Part shown: in pieces, positions 52,098-62,381 of the stretch
Layout: each line of letters begins with the position of its first letter
How positions within the stretch are numbered: the first letter of the stretch is position 1
NCBI GenBank assembly: GCA_049303675.1
Contig: JBAQNJ010000001.1
Coordinates: 821,443 to 885,442 of the forward strand
Reading direction: 5' to 3'
Length of the DNA stretch: 64,000 bases
DNA from: Microgenomates group bacterium
GTDB taxonomy: Bacteria; Patescibacteriota; Microgenomatia; UBA12405
The notes under the pieces: generated by a model
Database searches by the model: none
Seen by the model: the letters and a program-made list of their open reading frames with translations, nothing else
What the model was told of the DNA's origin: nothing
Program-made: the position numbers and the translations under genes

Positions 52098-54968
52098 TTA
52101 ATTTTGTCTCCATCCTGATAAAACTTTTAGAAAACTACCAGGTAAATTAAACCATAAATCCGGTCGATAATTTATCACCACTGACGGTGCTGAATTGTTA
52201 TCAAGCGGATCAGTAAAGTCCCGAGAGAAGGCAATGTTGCCATAAGTACTCGATGAATATAGTGACCCACTGATAGTCAGAGCAGTAGCTGCTGCTCCAC
52301 TGGTACTAATTCCACCATCTGCCACAAAAATCCCCGCCGATTGAGTCACTAAATCTGAAAAATTAATTGTCCCCTTAGAAATAATTATTAATGAATTTCC
52401 CAAATTTACAGTGTTATTTACATCTATATCCAAATCACCATTCACAAAGACAACTCCCGTTCCACCCACCGCCAAAACATTGGACATAGTAGAATTAGCC
52501 GGCATAGTTACTCCGTACCCGTAGCTCAAAAAATATTTATCATAAAAATATTGATAACTATATTTGTCCAAAGAGGACAATGTATCCAATTCTTTGTACC
52601 AATTATTAGGACTGCCATAATCACAACCAGTTTGGCCGAGGGCACATCCACCATTGGTAATAGAATTCGCGGTAATTAATCCATTATTGGTAATCGACAT
52701 TGCTGGAACACAACTCGGACTATAAACACAAGTCGAAGGTATAGCATTTGAGAGATTTCCCCGTACCTCAATTCCACCACCAACTACCTGATACCAGCGA
52801 CTCTGGGCCCCTGTCGAAGCAAAATCAACTAGTAGTACCGCCGAACTTGATGTATAAGGATCAATCACACTCTCTGTCAATGCTAGTTGAGGGCCACAAC
52901 TGGTTGTCCCCACCCCCAAATCTATCCAGCGTACGCTAGCTACACTCCCAGTAATATCTGCATTTGGAGAAGCGGTATATGTCTTGCCCCATATAACATT
53001 ATCCGAACCATAGGCAGAATCAGTTGTAGCATCAATTCGAACTGCCGTCCCCACCGTCGGGGTAAAATCAGCATAATTAAAATTCATATTGGAACCAGCC
53101 GGAGTATTATAACCAGCCCCCGAGGGACACTGAGCTCCCAGTGCCGAATCGGCAGCATCATACATATTTCCCAATACAGAGACATTACAACTCCACACCT
53201 TCCAAGTATATGGCGAGGCCACCCAACCAGTGTCTGACGTGGTATCAGTTAATCTTGTTTCAATAACATAGAGGTTGTTATCACCAACGCCAGTATAATC
53301 CACCACAGCACTCGCCCCCACCGACACTGCCGCCGAAGTAGTCCCAATTACCAAATTGGTAATTGTCCCATTCCAACGCATTTGGGCCGTTTTGATATCA
53401 TTACTGCCATCGGCATCACTCAGAGTAAAATAAAAAGTGACTAGGCGAGGGGAGGCATCATTGGCAAAACCACTTTTACAAATTTGATTTTTGTTACCTG
53501 TATCCATCGCCACCACTGTCCCCACACTATTTTTATAGACCATTGAATCAACTACTGGACCTTGATTCAGGCTAAAAGCCCAAACAGTCGACCATATAAT
53601 GTTGCCATTGCCGTTATTGGCCCCCACTTTCCAATACCATATCCCCGAAGCCAGTGCCGACACTACATGATTTATATCGGTTGTCCCTGTCACATAGACC
53701 CCATCGCTAGCTACATCACAAGGGTCTAGCGAATTTCTACCATAACATAGGTCATATTTTTGTTGAAGTGGACAGGCTCCCCACTGGACACCACTCAGAG
53801 CATTCCATTGGAGATTAATCGATGTCACCACTTGATTGTTGGTCGGAGACGCCAGTGTCGGGGCTATCGGATCAGTGCCAGTCATGGTGCCATAACACGA
53901 TACCCCCGGACAGTTACTGTTGCATGTCTGGGTACCGCAAGTATTGGCCACACAGGGCGAGCTAGCCACCGAGCAATCAGGGGTACAGCCACTACCCGAT
54001 GTTGGTACTGGTGTTCCAGCCCCACTCCCTGGACACGACCCACAGCTTGGACCACCACAATTATCACAATTACCTACCCCCCCACAAGCAATGCTCGGAT
54101 CAAACCCAGGACAATACGCACTCGGCGCACTCTCGCAAGTCAATGGATGACAAACAGCAGACGTTGGTGCAGCTCCATCAACCGGACAAACAATTGTATT
54201 ATTTAGCCTCAATACTTCGTTGCAATAGTTTCCACCGTCAACACAATTAATACTACTGTAACATTTTACATGGGCAGTGCCATCATTGGCACCACCCGCT
54301 TGATTGCATGTCTGATCACAATAACTCGACCCATGATTACAGACATTACCAGCATCTATTTTTTCACACGAACAAGTCCCATTTGGTGCTCTCGCAATTC
54401 CCGTGGCACAAGTCACACCACCACAGGCTGCTTGTCCCCACTCTCCACAAACAGGAGTCGGAGTCGCTGTAGGTGTTGGGGGAACCGGTGTCGCTGTCAG
54501 TGCCGCGTTGCCACAACAATGCCCATTACTACAATTCCCCGAACCAGATGGATATCCCTCAGAAGCGCAAGTCCCAATTGATGTCTTCAAACACCACGAT
54601 CCCGAGGCACAGACTGGTACCGGAGTACTCGTCGGTGGCTTGGGAGTCGAAGTTGCCTTTGGACAAGCACCCCAAGAACCAGAGCTACTACACGTTGCCC
54701 CACAAGCACTAGTCGACCCTGGGGTACAGCCACTCCAAGATGAAGCACATGACTTTGACCTCACACTACTCCCTGGACATGATCCAGCCGAGGCACCTCC
54801 ACAGGAAGCATAAGTTGACTTAGTAGCGCATGTACAATCGATCAATGAATTCCAACAGGTACATGATCCAGTATTGACACACCCAGCCAGCACATTTTTA
54901 GACGCTCCATGCCAGCAAAATATCCCGATTACAAAAGCAAATAATATCCAATATTTTTTAATTGGCAC
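52098..54968 (-). CDS. large secreted Cys/Gly/Thr/Pro-rich protein (956 aa) with Cys-rich N-terminal half and beta-helix-like C-terminal half; candidate pilus-associated adhesin
   Basis: signal peptide; dozens of Cys in CxxxC / CxC spacing; PT-rich linkers; the ORF is compositionally GC-richer and the opposite strand is littered with spurious ORFs. Confidence 0.6.
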   Translation of the reverse strand: MPIKKYWILFAFVIGIFCWHGASKNVLAGCVNTGSCTCWNSLIDCTCATKSTYASCGGASAGSCPGSSVRSKSCASSWSGCTPGSTSACGATCSSSGSWGACPKATSTPKPPTSTPVPVCASGSWCLKTSIGTCASEGYPSGSGNCSNGHCCGNAALTATPVPPTPTATPTPVCGEWGQAACGGVTCATGIARAPNGTCSCEKIDAGNVCNHGSSYCDQTCNQAGGANDGTAHVKCYSSINCVDGGNYCNEVLRLNNTIVCPVDGAAPTSAVCHPLTCESAPSAYCPGFDPSIACGGVGNCDNCGGPSCGSCPGSGAGTPVPTSGSGCTPDCSVASSPCVANTCGTQTCNSNCPGVSCYGTMTGTDPIAPTLASPTNNQVVTSINLQWNALSGVQWGACPLQQKYDLCYGRNSLDPCDVASDGVYVTGTTDINHVVSALASGIWYWKVGANNGNGNIIWSTVWAFSLNQGPVVDSMVYKNSVGTVVAMDTGNKNQICKSGFANDASPRLVTFYFTLSDADGSNDIKTAQMRWNGTITNLVIGTTSAAVSVGASAVVDYTGVGDNNLYVIETRLTDTTSDTGWVASPYTWKVWSCNVSVLGNMYDAADSALGAQCPSGAGYNTPAGSNMNFNYADFTPTVGTAVRIDATTDSAYGSDNVIWGKTYTASPNADITGSVASVRWIDLGVGTTSCGPQLALTESVIDPYTSSSAVLLVDFASTGAQSRWYQVVGGGIEVRGNLSNAIPSTCVYSPSCVPAMSITNNGLITANSITNGGCALGQTGCDYGSPNNWYKELDTLSSLDKYSYQYFYDKYFLSYGYGVTMPANSTMSNVLAVGGTGVVFVNGDLDIDVNNTVNLGNSLIIISKGTINFSDLVTQSAGIFVADGGISTSGAAATALTISGSLYSSSTYGNIAFSRDFTDPLDNNSAPSVVINYRPDLWFNLPGSFLKVLSGWRQN

Positions 54969-55001
54969 AATTAATTAAACCACAATGCCCCGATATTTGC
55001 A

Positions 55002-55439
55002 CTACTCTTTGAACCCACACACCCGATAGCCGTTACTTATCGCCATCAATACTTTACTTGTTTGTGGATCAATGGCCAGATTGACCATGTCCCCCTGACA
55101 AAATGCCGTATTGTAGGCATTTTTATCACTACTGGGGACTATGCGCAGTCCTTCGCCACGGGTATTTTGCTTAGGGATAATCAGTTGAGTCTCATTATCA
55201 ATTTGAAACTTTTTATCCTGTCCATTGACAGTCATTTCTAGTATATCGGCAGCAGCATCCCAACTAACCACTACTCCAGCCACACTACTTGTCTGGGTCT
55301 TCACCCCATTTCTCTCTACCACGTTAGTCTCGGTAGTCCTCCCTGCTTTTTCTAAGATGACATTTTTTTTAACAAATCTAAAAAACCCTATTACTATCAA
55401 TCCCAAAACAACAATAATTATCAAAATATTTCTACTCAC
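55002..55439 (-). CDS. membrane-anchored hypothetical protein (145 aa)
   Basis: N-terminal TM; ORF. Confidence 0.4.
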   Translation of the reverse strand: MSRNILIIIVVLGLIVIGFFRFVKKNVILEKAGRTTETNVVERNGVKTQTSSVAGVVVSWDAAADILEMTVNGQDKKFQIDNETQLIIPKQNTRGEGLRIVPSSDKNAYNTAFCQGDMVNLAIDPQTSKVLMAISNGYRVCGFKE

Positions 55440-55461
55440 AAATTATTCTAACATGATTTTT

Positions 55462-56814
55462 TTACTTACCAGCCACTCCCAACAATATCACCATATACTC
55501 ATCAAGCTTGTCCCATTCAATGTAATATCCTGGCTGACTATCAATAATTGCCTGAGATATAGTATAATCAGCCTCAGGATTTCTTTTTTTTGCCGCATCC
55601 ACGCTAGTCTGATCACACATTACTGTAATTGATACAGATCCATTCATCATGTCATATATTATTCCTCTATTATTTAAAGGAAATGTTTTCAAATCTTGGG
55701 CCGCTCTTAATAGATGTAGTCCATCTTTATTTTCTGCCGGGAAAAGATAGACCGGCACTGACGTCCCATTGTACTCAAAAGTAGTTATCGCCACCGGCTG
55801 GACATCTGATGTAGCTAGTCTGTAATATCCATTTCCCCTATCTCCATCTCCATTAAATCTTGGTCCGATATTTTCTTTACCAACCCTCTCTAGATATTTT
55901 TGAAACTCAGCGTCGATTCTCTTCATATCATCTTTCCATAACTCATGTTCTTCAATTGGACTATGTATCCACATCGCTTGTTTGAGGACATCAGCTACTT
56001 CATAAGACTTGAGTCCAGTAAATTTGTCAAACAAATTGTTTTCAAATCGATTATGGAGCTTCCCTTCGGTATCAAAATTACCCAATATTCTCCCTTGATT
56101 ATCATAGACGATACTTCCCACAATTTTTGAATCCACTGGTATCCCTGTCTCGGCGTACATCTCGGGGGAGATGACTAATTTTGTTGGTGTTTTTGTGGTT
56201 TCCTGTTGTGCCGGTTGAGTTGGTGTCTCCCGATTTTGGGGTATTAACGGGCCAGCTGAATATTGCACCATGTCCTCCATTTCACTCCTCCAAGTGTTTG
56301 CCTCACCGCTACCAAGTACTACACTCTTGTCATGTGAAAAAACTATAGCCTGGCCAAGTTCATCAAATTCCCAGATAGGTACCTGAACCAGATTTCCTGT
56401 AGCTCGATCAATAGTCCGGTAACCATAAACTGTTTTACCTGCTTCTTCACCTACAATCAGTGTCTCACCGATTGGATAATAGTCGCTTCCCACCTGATAA
56501 TTAGCCACTTCATAATGAGACTTGCCATCACCATCAGACACTTGACAAAAACCATAAGCAATAGTTTCATCGTCAACTTGTGCCTGCATCATCCTTTCAG
56601 AACCTTCGACATAATTAGGGTATTTTTTTGCACAAAAATTTTTTATCACATCCAAATTCTTTTTTGCAGCATCGGCATAGGCACCCAGCAAGTCGGCATT
56701 TTTACGAGTAATGTTTACCGGTTGAGCCACTATCGGTGCACATTCCGTAAGTACCGCAGCAGCAGTAGCTAACCCAGCCAACTTTAAAAAATCTCTTCTA
56801 TTTAGATTTCGCAT
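55462..56814 (-). CDS. secreted hypothetical protein with twin-arginine-like signal (MRNLNRRDFLKLAGLATAAAV)
   Basis: RRDFLK motif plus hydrophobic stretch plus 'TECAP'. Confidence 0.5.
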   Translation of the reverse strand: MRNLNRRDFLKLAGLATAAAVLTECAPIVAQPVNITRKNADLLGAYADAAKKNLDVIKNFCAKKYPNYVEGSERMMQAQVDDETIAYGFCQVSDGDGKSHYEVANYQVGSDYYPIGETLIVGEEAGKTVYGYRTIDRATGNLVQVPIWEFDELGQAIVFSHDKSVVLGSGEANTWRSEMEDMVQYSAGPLIPQNRETPTQPAQQETTKTPTKLVISPEMYAETGIPVDSKIVGSIVYDNQGRILGNFDTEGKLHNRFENNLFDKFTGLKSYEVADVLKQAMWIHSPIEEHELWKDDMKRIDAEFQKYLERVGKENIGPRFNGDGDRGNGYYRLATSDVQPVAITTFEYNGTSVPVYLFPAENKDGLHLLRAAQDLKTFPLNNRGIIYDMMNGSVSITVMCDQTSVDAAKKRNPEADYTISQAIIDSQPGYYIEWDKLDEYMVILLGVAGK

Positions 56815-56983
56815 ATAGTATCATTTTACTCCTCTTCACCCCAATAATCAATCCTATAATATATGTATATAACAGATGTGTATCTACTTTAATCTATTTC
56901 AATCTAAATCTATCCTCCAAACTATCTAAAATCACCTCTAGATATCTCATAGTTCTCCTAGTTCCTCACCAGAGGTGAAAGTA

Positions 56984-57526
56984 CTAACTTAAATATTTCT
57001 CTAATTCCTTTACACCCCACAGTTTTGATTCACTAGCAAATCTCATCAAAGCAAAACTCGGTTTATGGGAAAATCCAAAATATTCAACTTTTTTACCAAG
57101 ATCTTTTACTTTTTTTATTGCCGGTATTAAATCGGTATCCGAAGAAATTAAGACTAAGGTATCATAAGTTTCTTCATATGCTCCCACCAACATATCAACC
57201 GACATGTTTACATCAACACCTTTTTCATGGTAAACACCATCATTTTTTAGTAAATATCCAAATACAACTTTAATATTTTGTTTATTTAGGTTTCCTGTTA
57301 ATTTTCTCTGTTCTTTGAATAATCGAAAACTTTTTGTATTGCCCACCTCTGTTCTTACTGCTCCCACATGATACCTAACTTCTGTTAGTTTTTTGTCGGC
57401 CACTAGATCTTTGATAAACAAATCATAACGAAAATTCATCAATCCTTTTTGTGGAAACTTCAAATCAATTAATTTATGGAAAAAATTGCTCCCATCAATT
57501 ATCACTAATACGCGTTCACTCGTCAT
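56984..57526 (-). CDS. NYN-domain (LabA-like, PIN-like nuclease fold) protein
   Basis: 'VLVIIDGSNF', 'KGVDVNMSVDMLV', 'DTLVLISSDTDLIPAIKKV' NYN Asp residues. Confidence 0.7.
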   Translation of the reverse strand: MTSERVLVIIDGSNFFHKLIDLKFPQKGLMNFRYDLFIKDLVADKKLTEVRYHVGAVRTEVGNTKSFRLFKEQRKLTGNLNKQNIKVVFGYLLKNDGVYHEKGVDVNMSVDMLVGAYEETYDTLVLISSDTDLIPAIKKVKDLGKKVEYFGFSHKPSFALMRFASESKLWGVKELEKYLS

Positions 57527-57678
57527 ATTTTTTCAAAAAAACACCCGCGAGCATTGCTGGTCGCGGGGGATGTTATTAATCAGATTATAACTGAAAACAG
57601 GTAAATTAACAATAATCAAATTGACCAAAACTACCATAAATTATTCTATCACTATTTACACATATCTTTTATTCAAAG

Positions 57679-58197
57679 CTAGTTCCTCACCACCACACTC
57701 GAGTTAAAAGTCTTGCTGTTTCCTGCCACAGGGGAGACGGCTGTATCTCCTGATGACAAATTGAAAAGCAAGTTTACCTTCGCCACCCGATCCGCCGTAT
57801 CAGGATACAAATCGCATCTGGCAAAATTATCACACCCCGTCACTTTGACTGAATTGGTAGTCAAATCAAAGTTGCCATTAGCCGATTCTGAGGCAATTTT
57901 TGAATTTTCATAACACACCAAATTGGTCACTTGTCCGTCATCTATATTGGTCAGCGCCAAAGTGCTCCCCGCACTCACTCCATCAACCACACAACTCACC
58001 CCAATACCAGCAGTCATCATAATGTTGTTTCGAATCTCACGAGTCACTAGGGCACCGTTTTGCTCTACCAAATCGGCCACAGCTACCCTATTTTTAGCCT
58101 TAAATGAATTGGCCAATATACTCGTTACCGTAATCATAATTATGGCCAATACTCCTACCACCACCAACATTTCAATCAAAGTAAACCCTCTTTTCAT
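57679..58197 (-). CDS. type IV pilin-like protein (prepilin N-terminus MKRGFTLIEMLVV)
   Basis: class III signal peptide G|FTLIE. Confidence 0.8.
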   Translation of the reverse strand: MKRGFTLIEMLVVVGVLAIIMITVTSILANSFKAKNRVAVADLVEQNGALVTREIRNNIMMTAGIGVSCVVDGVSAGSTLALTNIDDGQVTNLVCYENSKIASESANGNFDLTTNSVKVTGCDNFARCDLYPDTADRVAKVNLLFNLSSGDTAVSPVAGNSKTFNSSVVVRN

Positions 58198-58598
58198 TTT
58201 TTGGAAAAAAATCTATTAGAACTACTCATAGTTTGATTACTACCCCAACCGACAGTTACCGTCGCATTGATACATTCCACCACTGTTGGACTACATCCTA
58301 GTCCGCTCACCTGTGATGGAGTCACTCGATAATTGTAGTCTCCGCTCACATGGTTTTGGCCCATGTCCAGCCAATAAATTGAGTTTAGATTCCAAAATGA
58401 AGTGGCGTCCGCCGACTTGGATTCCACCATCCCCTCAATCACATTTTGCGACAATTCTACCGCCTTTTTCCGTTCATAACTCTTGCTCTTGGCTCCCAAT
58501 GATTGGACCAACAAAAACACCACCCCTGATACCACTACCGCAATCAGTCCTATCGAGAAAACCACTTCAATTAAACTTTGCCCCATTTGTTTTTTCAT
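58194..58598 (-). CDS. pseudopilin-like protein with atypical N-terminus (MKKQMGQSLIEVVFSIGLIAVV)
   Basis: G|QSLIE variant of the prepilin motif. Confidence 0.55.
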   Translation of the reverse strand: MKKQMGQSLIEVVFSIGLIAVVVSGVVFLLVQSLGAKSKSYERKKAVELSQNVIEGMVESKSADATSFWNLNSIYWLDMGQNHVSGDYNYRVTPSQVSGLGCSPTVVECINATVTVGWGSNQTMSSSNRFFSKK

Positions 58599-59113
58599 AA
58601 TATCGATTCCGTCACCGCCCCAAATGAATTAATAATTACTTGACGAGTATTACCAACGTTTGCAGACGTTATAGTCACTCCCACGGCCGCAGCTGAGCTA
58701 AGGGGATAGCTACTATAAGAGGGTAGGGGATCCTTGCCCAGCAGTTTTCCATTACCCGCAGCAAACAATAAATCGCCAAAATTTAAACTGGTAAAAATGA
58801 TTCCACTCCCACCGACATATTTTGAACTAAAACTGTTTCCCACTCCTGTCGAATTATTTACCGGCATAATTGATACCCATCCATCAGTCGTTAGGGTCAC
58901 TGCCACATAATCCAAATCCACAAAACCTGTGGTAGTCTGGTTGGAAACTGCGGTAGATCTGGCCAAATCAAACATCGTCACTAGCTCAGTCATGGCCGCA
59001 TTCAAATTTTCTCCCGAGCTAAATCGAGTCACTGCCACCGAGACACCAGTAATCAACAGCATACTAATACTAATCACCACCATCAATTCAATCAAAGTAA
59101 AACCCCGCTTCAT
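58595..59113 (-). CDS. type IV pilin-like protein (MKRGFTLIELMVV)
   Basis: prepilin motif. Confidence 0.8.
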   Translation of the reverse strand: MKRGFTLIELMVVISISMLLITGVSVAVTRFSSGENLNAAMTELVTMFDLARSTAVSNQTTTGFVDLDYVAVTLTTDGWVSIMPVNNSTGVGNSFSSKYVGGSGIIFTSLNFGDLLFAAGNGKLLGKDPLPSYSSYPLSSAAAVGVTITSANVGNTRQVIINSFGAVTESIL

Positions 59114-59131
59114 ACTATCATTGTAAACTAT

Positions 59132-59524
59132 TTAAGGATTGGTTATCCGATAATTACAAGTTACCGTGCCACAACTACCTGCGGGGGATATATTGGTCGA
59201 TCCCAAATCCTCCATATAAGCACTAATCGTATAAGTATAGTTAGTCGAAGAATACAAATAATCATATGTCTTTGGATCGGTTGGTAAAGCTTGGAGATAG
59301 CTCGGCACCAGAGTATCAGCCGAGGCTGGGTACGTCCCCCCTACCTGTCGAGCTAATTCTAGGGCTACTGCCATTTTCTGTAAATCTGACATCCGTCGAC
59401 TATCCCTCGCCCGTTTGTTGGTCCCCCCAAAACTAACCATCGTTACCGCCGTCAGCACGGCAATAATTGTAATTACTACTATTAGTTCTATTAATGTAAA
59501 TCCCGTTTCTCTTTTTGTTACCAT
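59132..59524 (-). CDS. type IV pilin-like protein (…ETGFTLIELIVV)
   Basis: prepilin motif. Confidence 0.8.
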   Translation of the reverse strand: MVTKRETGFTLIELIVVITIIAVLTAVTMVSFGGTNKRARDSRRMSDLQKMAVALELARQVGGTYPASADTLVPSYLQALPTDPKTYDYLYSSTNYTYTISAYMEDLGSTNISPAGSCGTVTCNYRITNP

Positions 59525-59559
59525 TTTTAAATTCTGTTAAATTCTTAAATTTTTTCTAA

Positions 59560-59982
59560 CTATTGTTGATTTTTAACACAATAATATTGTTTAGTCCCCA
59601 ATGTAGCAAAATTACAATCGGCATTGACTGTATTGGCACCTGTTGTCCCTTCAATAATGCTACAAATGCAATAATCAGTGCCCGAAATTATGGTCGAAAA
59701 AGTGTAACCCGCTCCCCGAGGGTCCAGCGGCACCGCCTCCAAAATTGTCTGTGTCCCTACCGACCACGCACTACTCAAGTTTACTGGATATGAAGAGCTA
59801 CTCAGCATATAGTATTGCTCGGCCGCTTTTTGCACCAAGCTTAGATCCTGCATTCTCTTGGCATCCCGTGCCTTTTTCTGGGCCGAGCCAAATGACACAA
59901 TTGCTATTGCTGTCAGTATGGCAATAATTGAAATACTCACCAATAGTTCAAATAGTGTAAACCCAAATTCTTTTCTTTTCAT
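59560..59982 (-). CDS. type IV pilin-like protein (…EFGFTLFELLVS)
   Basis: prepilin motif. Confidence 0.75.
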   Translation of the reverse strand: MKRKEFGFTLFELLVSISIIAILTAIAIVSFGSAQKKARDAKRMQDLSLVQKAAEQYYMLSSSSYPVNLSSAWSVGTQTILEAVPLDPRGAGYTFSTIISGTDYCICSIIEGTTGANTVNADCNFATLGTKQYYCVKNQQ

Positions 59983-60023
59983 TTTATTTATTAAATTCTG
60001 TTAAATTTTTAAATTTTATTAAA

Positions 60024-60446
60024 CTATTTTGCACATACCGCATACACCTTGTCAGCGGTAAAACCTACCCCCACCCCACAAAGACCACCCCCAAATCCGC
60101 ATTTGTTCTGCGAATCAGTATCATCATTGCCCACTCCCGCTTCCAGTACAGAACAGAGGACAAATCCATCACCATTATCAGTTTGGGCATAGGTATAACC
60201 TAGACTAACAATGTTACTCATATAACCTGTCATTCCTACTCCAATAGTAGCCGGATATGATTGGTTGTCATTGTAATAGAGACGCAGGGCAGTTTTCATC
60301 GCCGACATATCCTGAATTTTCTGGGCATCACGAGCCCTCTCCCGCGCCCCCATAAAATTGGGTAATAGTATCGCCATCATACTGGCCATAATGGCAATTG
60401 CTACCAATAGCTCCACTAGAGTAAAGCCTGTCTCTTTAGTATCCAC
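60024..60446 (-). CDS. type IV pilin-like protein (…ETGFTLVELLVA)
   Basis: prepilin motif. Confidence 0.8.
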   Translation of the reverse strand: MDTKETGFTLVELLVAIAIMASMMAILLPNFMGARERARDAQKIQDMSAMKTALRLYYNDNQSYPATIGVGMTGYMSNIVSLGYTYAQTDNGDGFVLCSVLEAGVGNDDTDSQNKCGFGGGLCGVGVGFTADKVYAVCAK

Positions 60447-60915
60447 TCACTTCCTCCAAACTAGTATTGGGACTAACCACTCCATAACAATAAGTCCGCC
60501 CTCCGCAACTATAACTTCCACTACATTCATGATCTGAGGTATTTTCCAGCTGGGCAAATAATCCGTATTTTTTGGGATTTATAGCCGTGTCTACCTTGTA
60601 GCAATACGGATAAGCCGTCAAATAGTTTTCCACTGGCATTTTTTTCATATAGACATATGGTGGGTTGGAAGCGTCGACAAACGTCCCACCGGTAGTCAAA
60701 TCAATTGCCTCTTTAACTGGGAAAAATCCATAATCAGTGAAATACATCTGTAGTGCCTTGGAAACACCGTTTAGATCCCCCTTGCGGGCCACATCATTGG
60801 CCTTTTTCTTGGCGGTAGAAAACTGGGACACCGTCACAATAGTCAATATCGAAATAATCGTAATCACCACTAACAACTCAATTAAAGTAAAGCCCCTCCT
60901 CATATTATTAATCAT
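60436..60915 (-). CDS. type IV pilin-like protein (…RRGFTLIELLVV)
   Basis: prepilin motif. Confidence 0.8.
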   Translation of the reverse strand: MINNMRRGFTLIELLVVITIISILTIVTVSQFSTAKKKANDVARKGDLNGVSKALQMYFTDYGFFPVKEAIDLTTGGTFVDASNPPYVYMKKMPVENYLTAYPYCYKVDTAINPKKYGLFAQLENTSDHECSGSYSCGGRTYCYGVVSPNTSLEEVSGY

Positions 60916-60928
60916 ACTGTTTTTTTAA

Positions 60929-61582
60929 TTAATTACAAATTCGGCCATTATTGCAACAGCTAACCTGACAACCAGCCTTACAATTATTATCTACATAGGC
61001 ATTCAAGTGATCGGCATCACGGCTCAGTGACTGGCAACCATCACTGTAAACATCATAACAGTCTCCAAATACGGTATTACAACTCACCGGATCAGGCAAC
61101 ACCTCGTCATACCAATTAATATTACTACTCGAAACTCCATAGTTCACGTCATTACTAGTTAGGGACCCATCTCCAAAGTGATAATTTGACCCCTGATCGT
61201 ACCAACCTATGGGAATATGGGCATCTTTTTTATACAATAAATCGGTTAGGAGGATATAAGTCTTGGGACAACTAGCACCTGTATAAATTTTGTAGGCACC
61301 ACCTTTTGGATCACAGGGCCAATTTGGCAGCCAGGGAGCAAAACCATTACCTCTGCAAGTCAAACTATCGATCATTGTCTGATCAGGGAAACATTCCCTG
61401 TCATTAAAGTATTCCTCAAACGCCACTTTTATTCGGGCCAAATCTTTTTTTCTTTGTGAATCTTGGGCTCGATTTATTAGTGCTCCTGGATTTAGAGCCA
61501 TCAGACCCATCAATGCCATAATAATAATCAATGTTAATACAATCAAAAACTCAATTAATGTAAAACCACTCTTTAAAACCAT
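60929..61582 (-). CDS. type IV pilin-like protein, Cys-rich C-terminal domain (…KSGFTLIEFLIV)
   Basis: prepilin motif; 217 aa. Confidence 0.75.
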   Translation of the reverse strand: MVLKSGFTLIEFLIVLTLIIIMALMGLMALNPGALINRAQDSQRKKDLARIKVAFEEYFNDRECFPDQTMIDSLTCRGNGFAPWLPNWPCDPKGGAYKIYTGASCPKTYILLTDLLYKKDAHIPIGWYDQGSNYHFGDGSLTSNDVNYGVSSSNINWYDEVLPDPVSCNTVFGDCYDVYSDGCQSLSRDADHLNAYVDNNCKAGCQVSCCNNGRICN

Positions 61583-62316
61583 CTATATACATAATATAAT
61601 ATTTTCTCCCCATAAATATAAGCAACCATTGTCCCCGCGATCAAAAACGGCCCAAAGGCAATTTTAGTATTTTTTTTATATTTTTTGAAAAACATTAGCC
61701 CCAATCCAACTATCGCCCCACTAATAAAAGCCACATAAAAGGCCACAATAATTCTCGGCCAACCAAGAATTAATCCCATAAACAAGGCATATTTAACATC
61801 ACCCATCCCCATGCCTTTACCTCTGGTACCAATGTGTAAAATTAATAAAAACAAAAACGCTCCAATTCCACTTATCAAATTTTGCCATCCCAATATCAAT
61901 GATATCGCTATCAAAAGATAAGTTGAAAAATCCGGTAAAATCATGTGTTTTAGATCAAATACCGCCGAAAAAACCAACAAAGTAATCATCACCAATCCAA
62001 CATAATTGGTACCAAACATCACAAATAATATTCCTGTTGTTAACTCTACTACAGGATAATATCCCGATAATTTTTGGTGACAACATTTACTTTTGCCTCC
62101 CAGCATAATCCAAGAAACAATCGGGATGTTTTCATACCATCGCAACTGCCTGCCACAAAAGTCACAAAAACTCCTATCTTTATTTTTTAAATTTTTAAAT
62201 TCTGTTAAATTTTTTCTTAATTTATATTTAACCTCTGTCCGATAGACCATCATATTCACAAAACTGCCACAACAAATTCCGATCAAAAACAAAACAATAT
62301 ATATAAATGCAGTCAC
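61573..62316 (-). CDS. pilD: prepilin peptidase (A24 family)
   Basis: 'CDFCGRQLRWYENIPIVSW' N-terminal Cys motif; polytopic membrane protein with conserved Asp-containing loops. Confidence 0.75.
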   Translation of the reverse strand: MTAFIYIVLFLIGICCGSFVNMMVYRTEVKYKLRKNLTEFKNLKNKDRSFCDFCGRQLRWYENIPIVSWIMLGGKSKCCHQKLSGYYPVVELTTGILFVMFGTNYVGLVMITLLVFSAVFDLKHMILPDFSTYLLIAISLILGWQNLISGIGAFLFLLILHIGTRGKGMGMGDVKYALFMGLILGWPRIIVAFYVAFISGAIVGLGLMFFKKYKKNTKIAFGPFLIAGTMVAYIYGEKILYYVYRWF

Positions 62317-62329
62317 AAATCATTCTACC

Positions 62330-62363
62330 AATAAAAAATCCCTCCGAAAGCTTTCGGAGGGAT
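62330..62363 (-). terminator. rho-independent terminator after the major-pilin-like gene (ATCCCTCCGAAAG-CTTTCGGAGGGAT + T6 on minus strand)
   Basis: read directly. Confidence 0.65.
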
Positions 62364-62381
62364 TTAAGTTACATTTTTCGA

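Noticed and set aside
52748-54813. Seven plus-strand ORFs (63-148 aa) rich in Pro/Thr/Arg/His/Cys
   Set aside because: All are antisense or alternate-frame products of the compositionally biased 956-aa Cys-rich gene on the minus strand; none has start-context or domain support.
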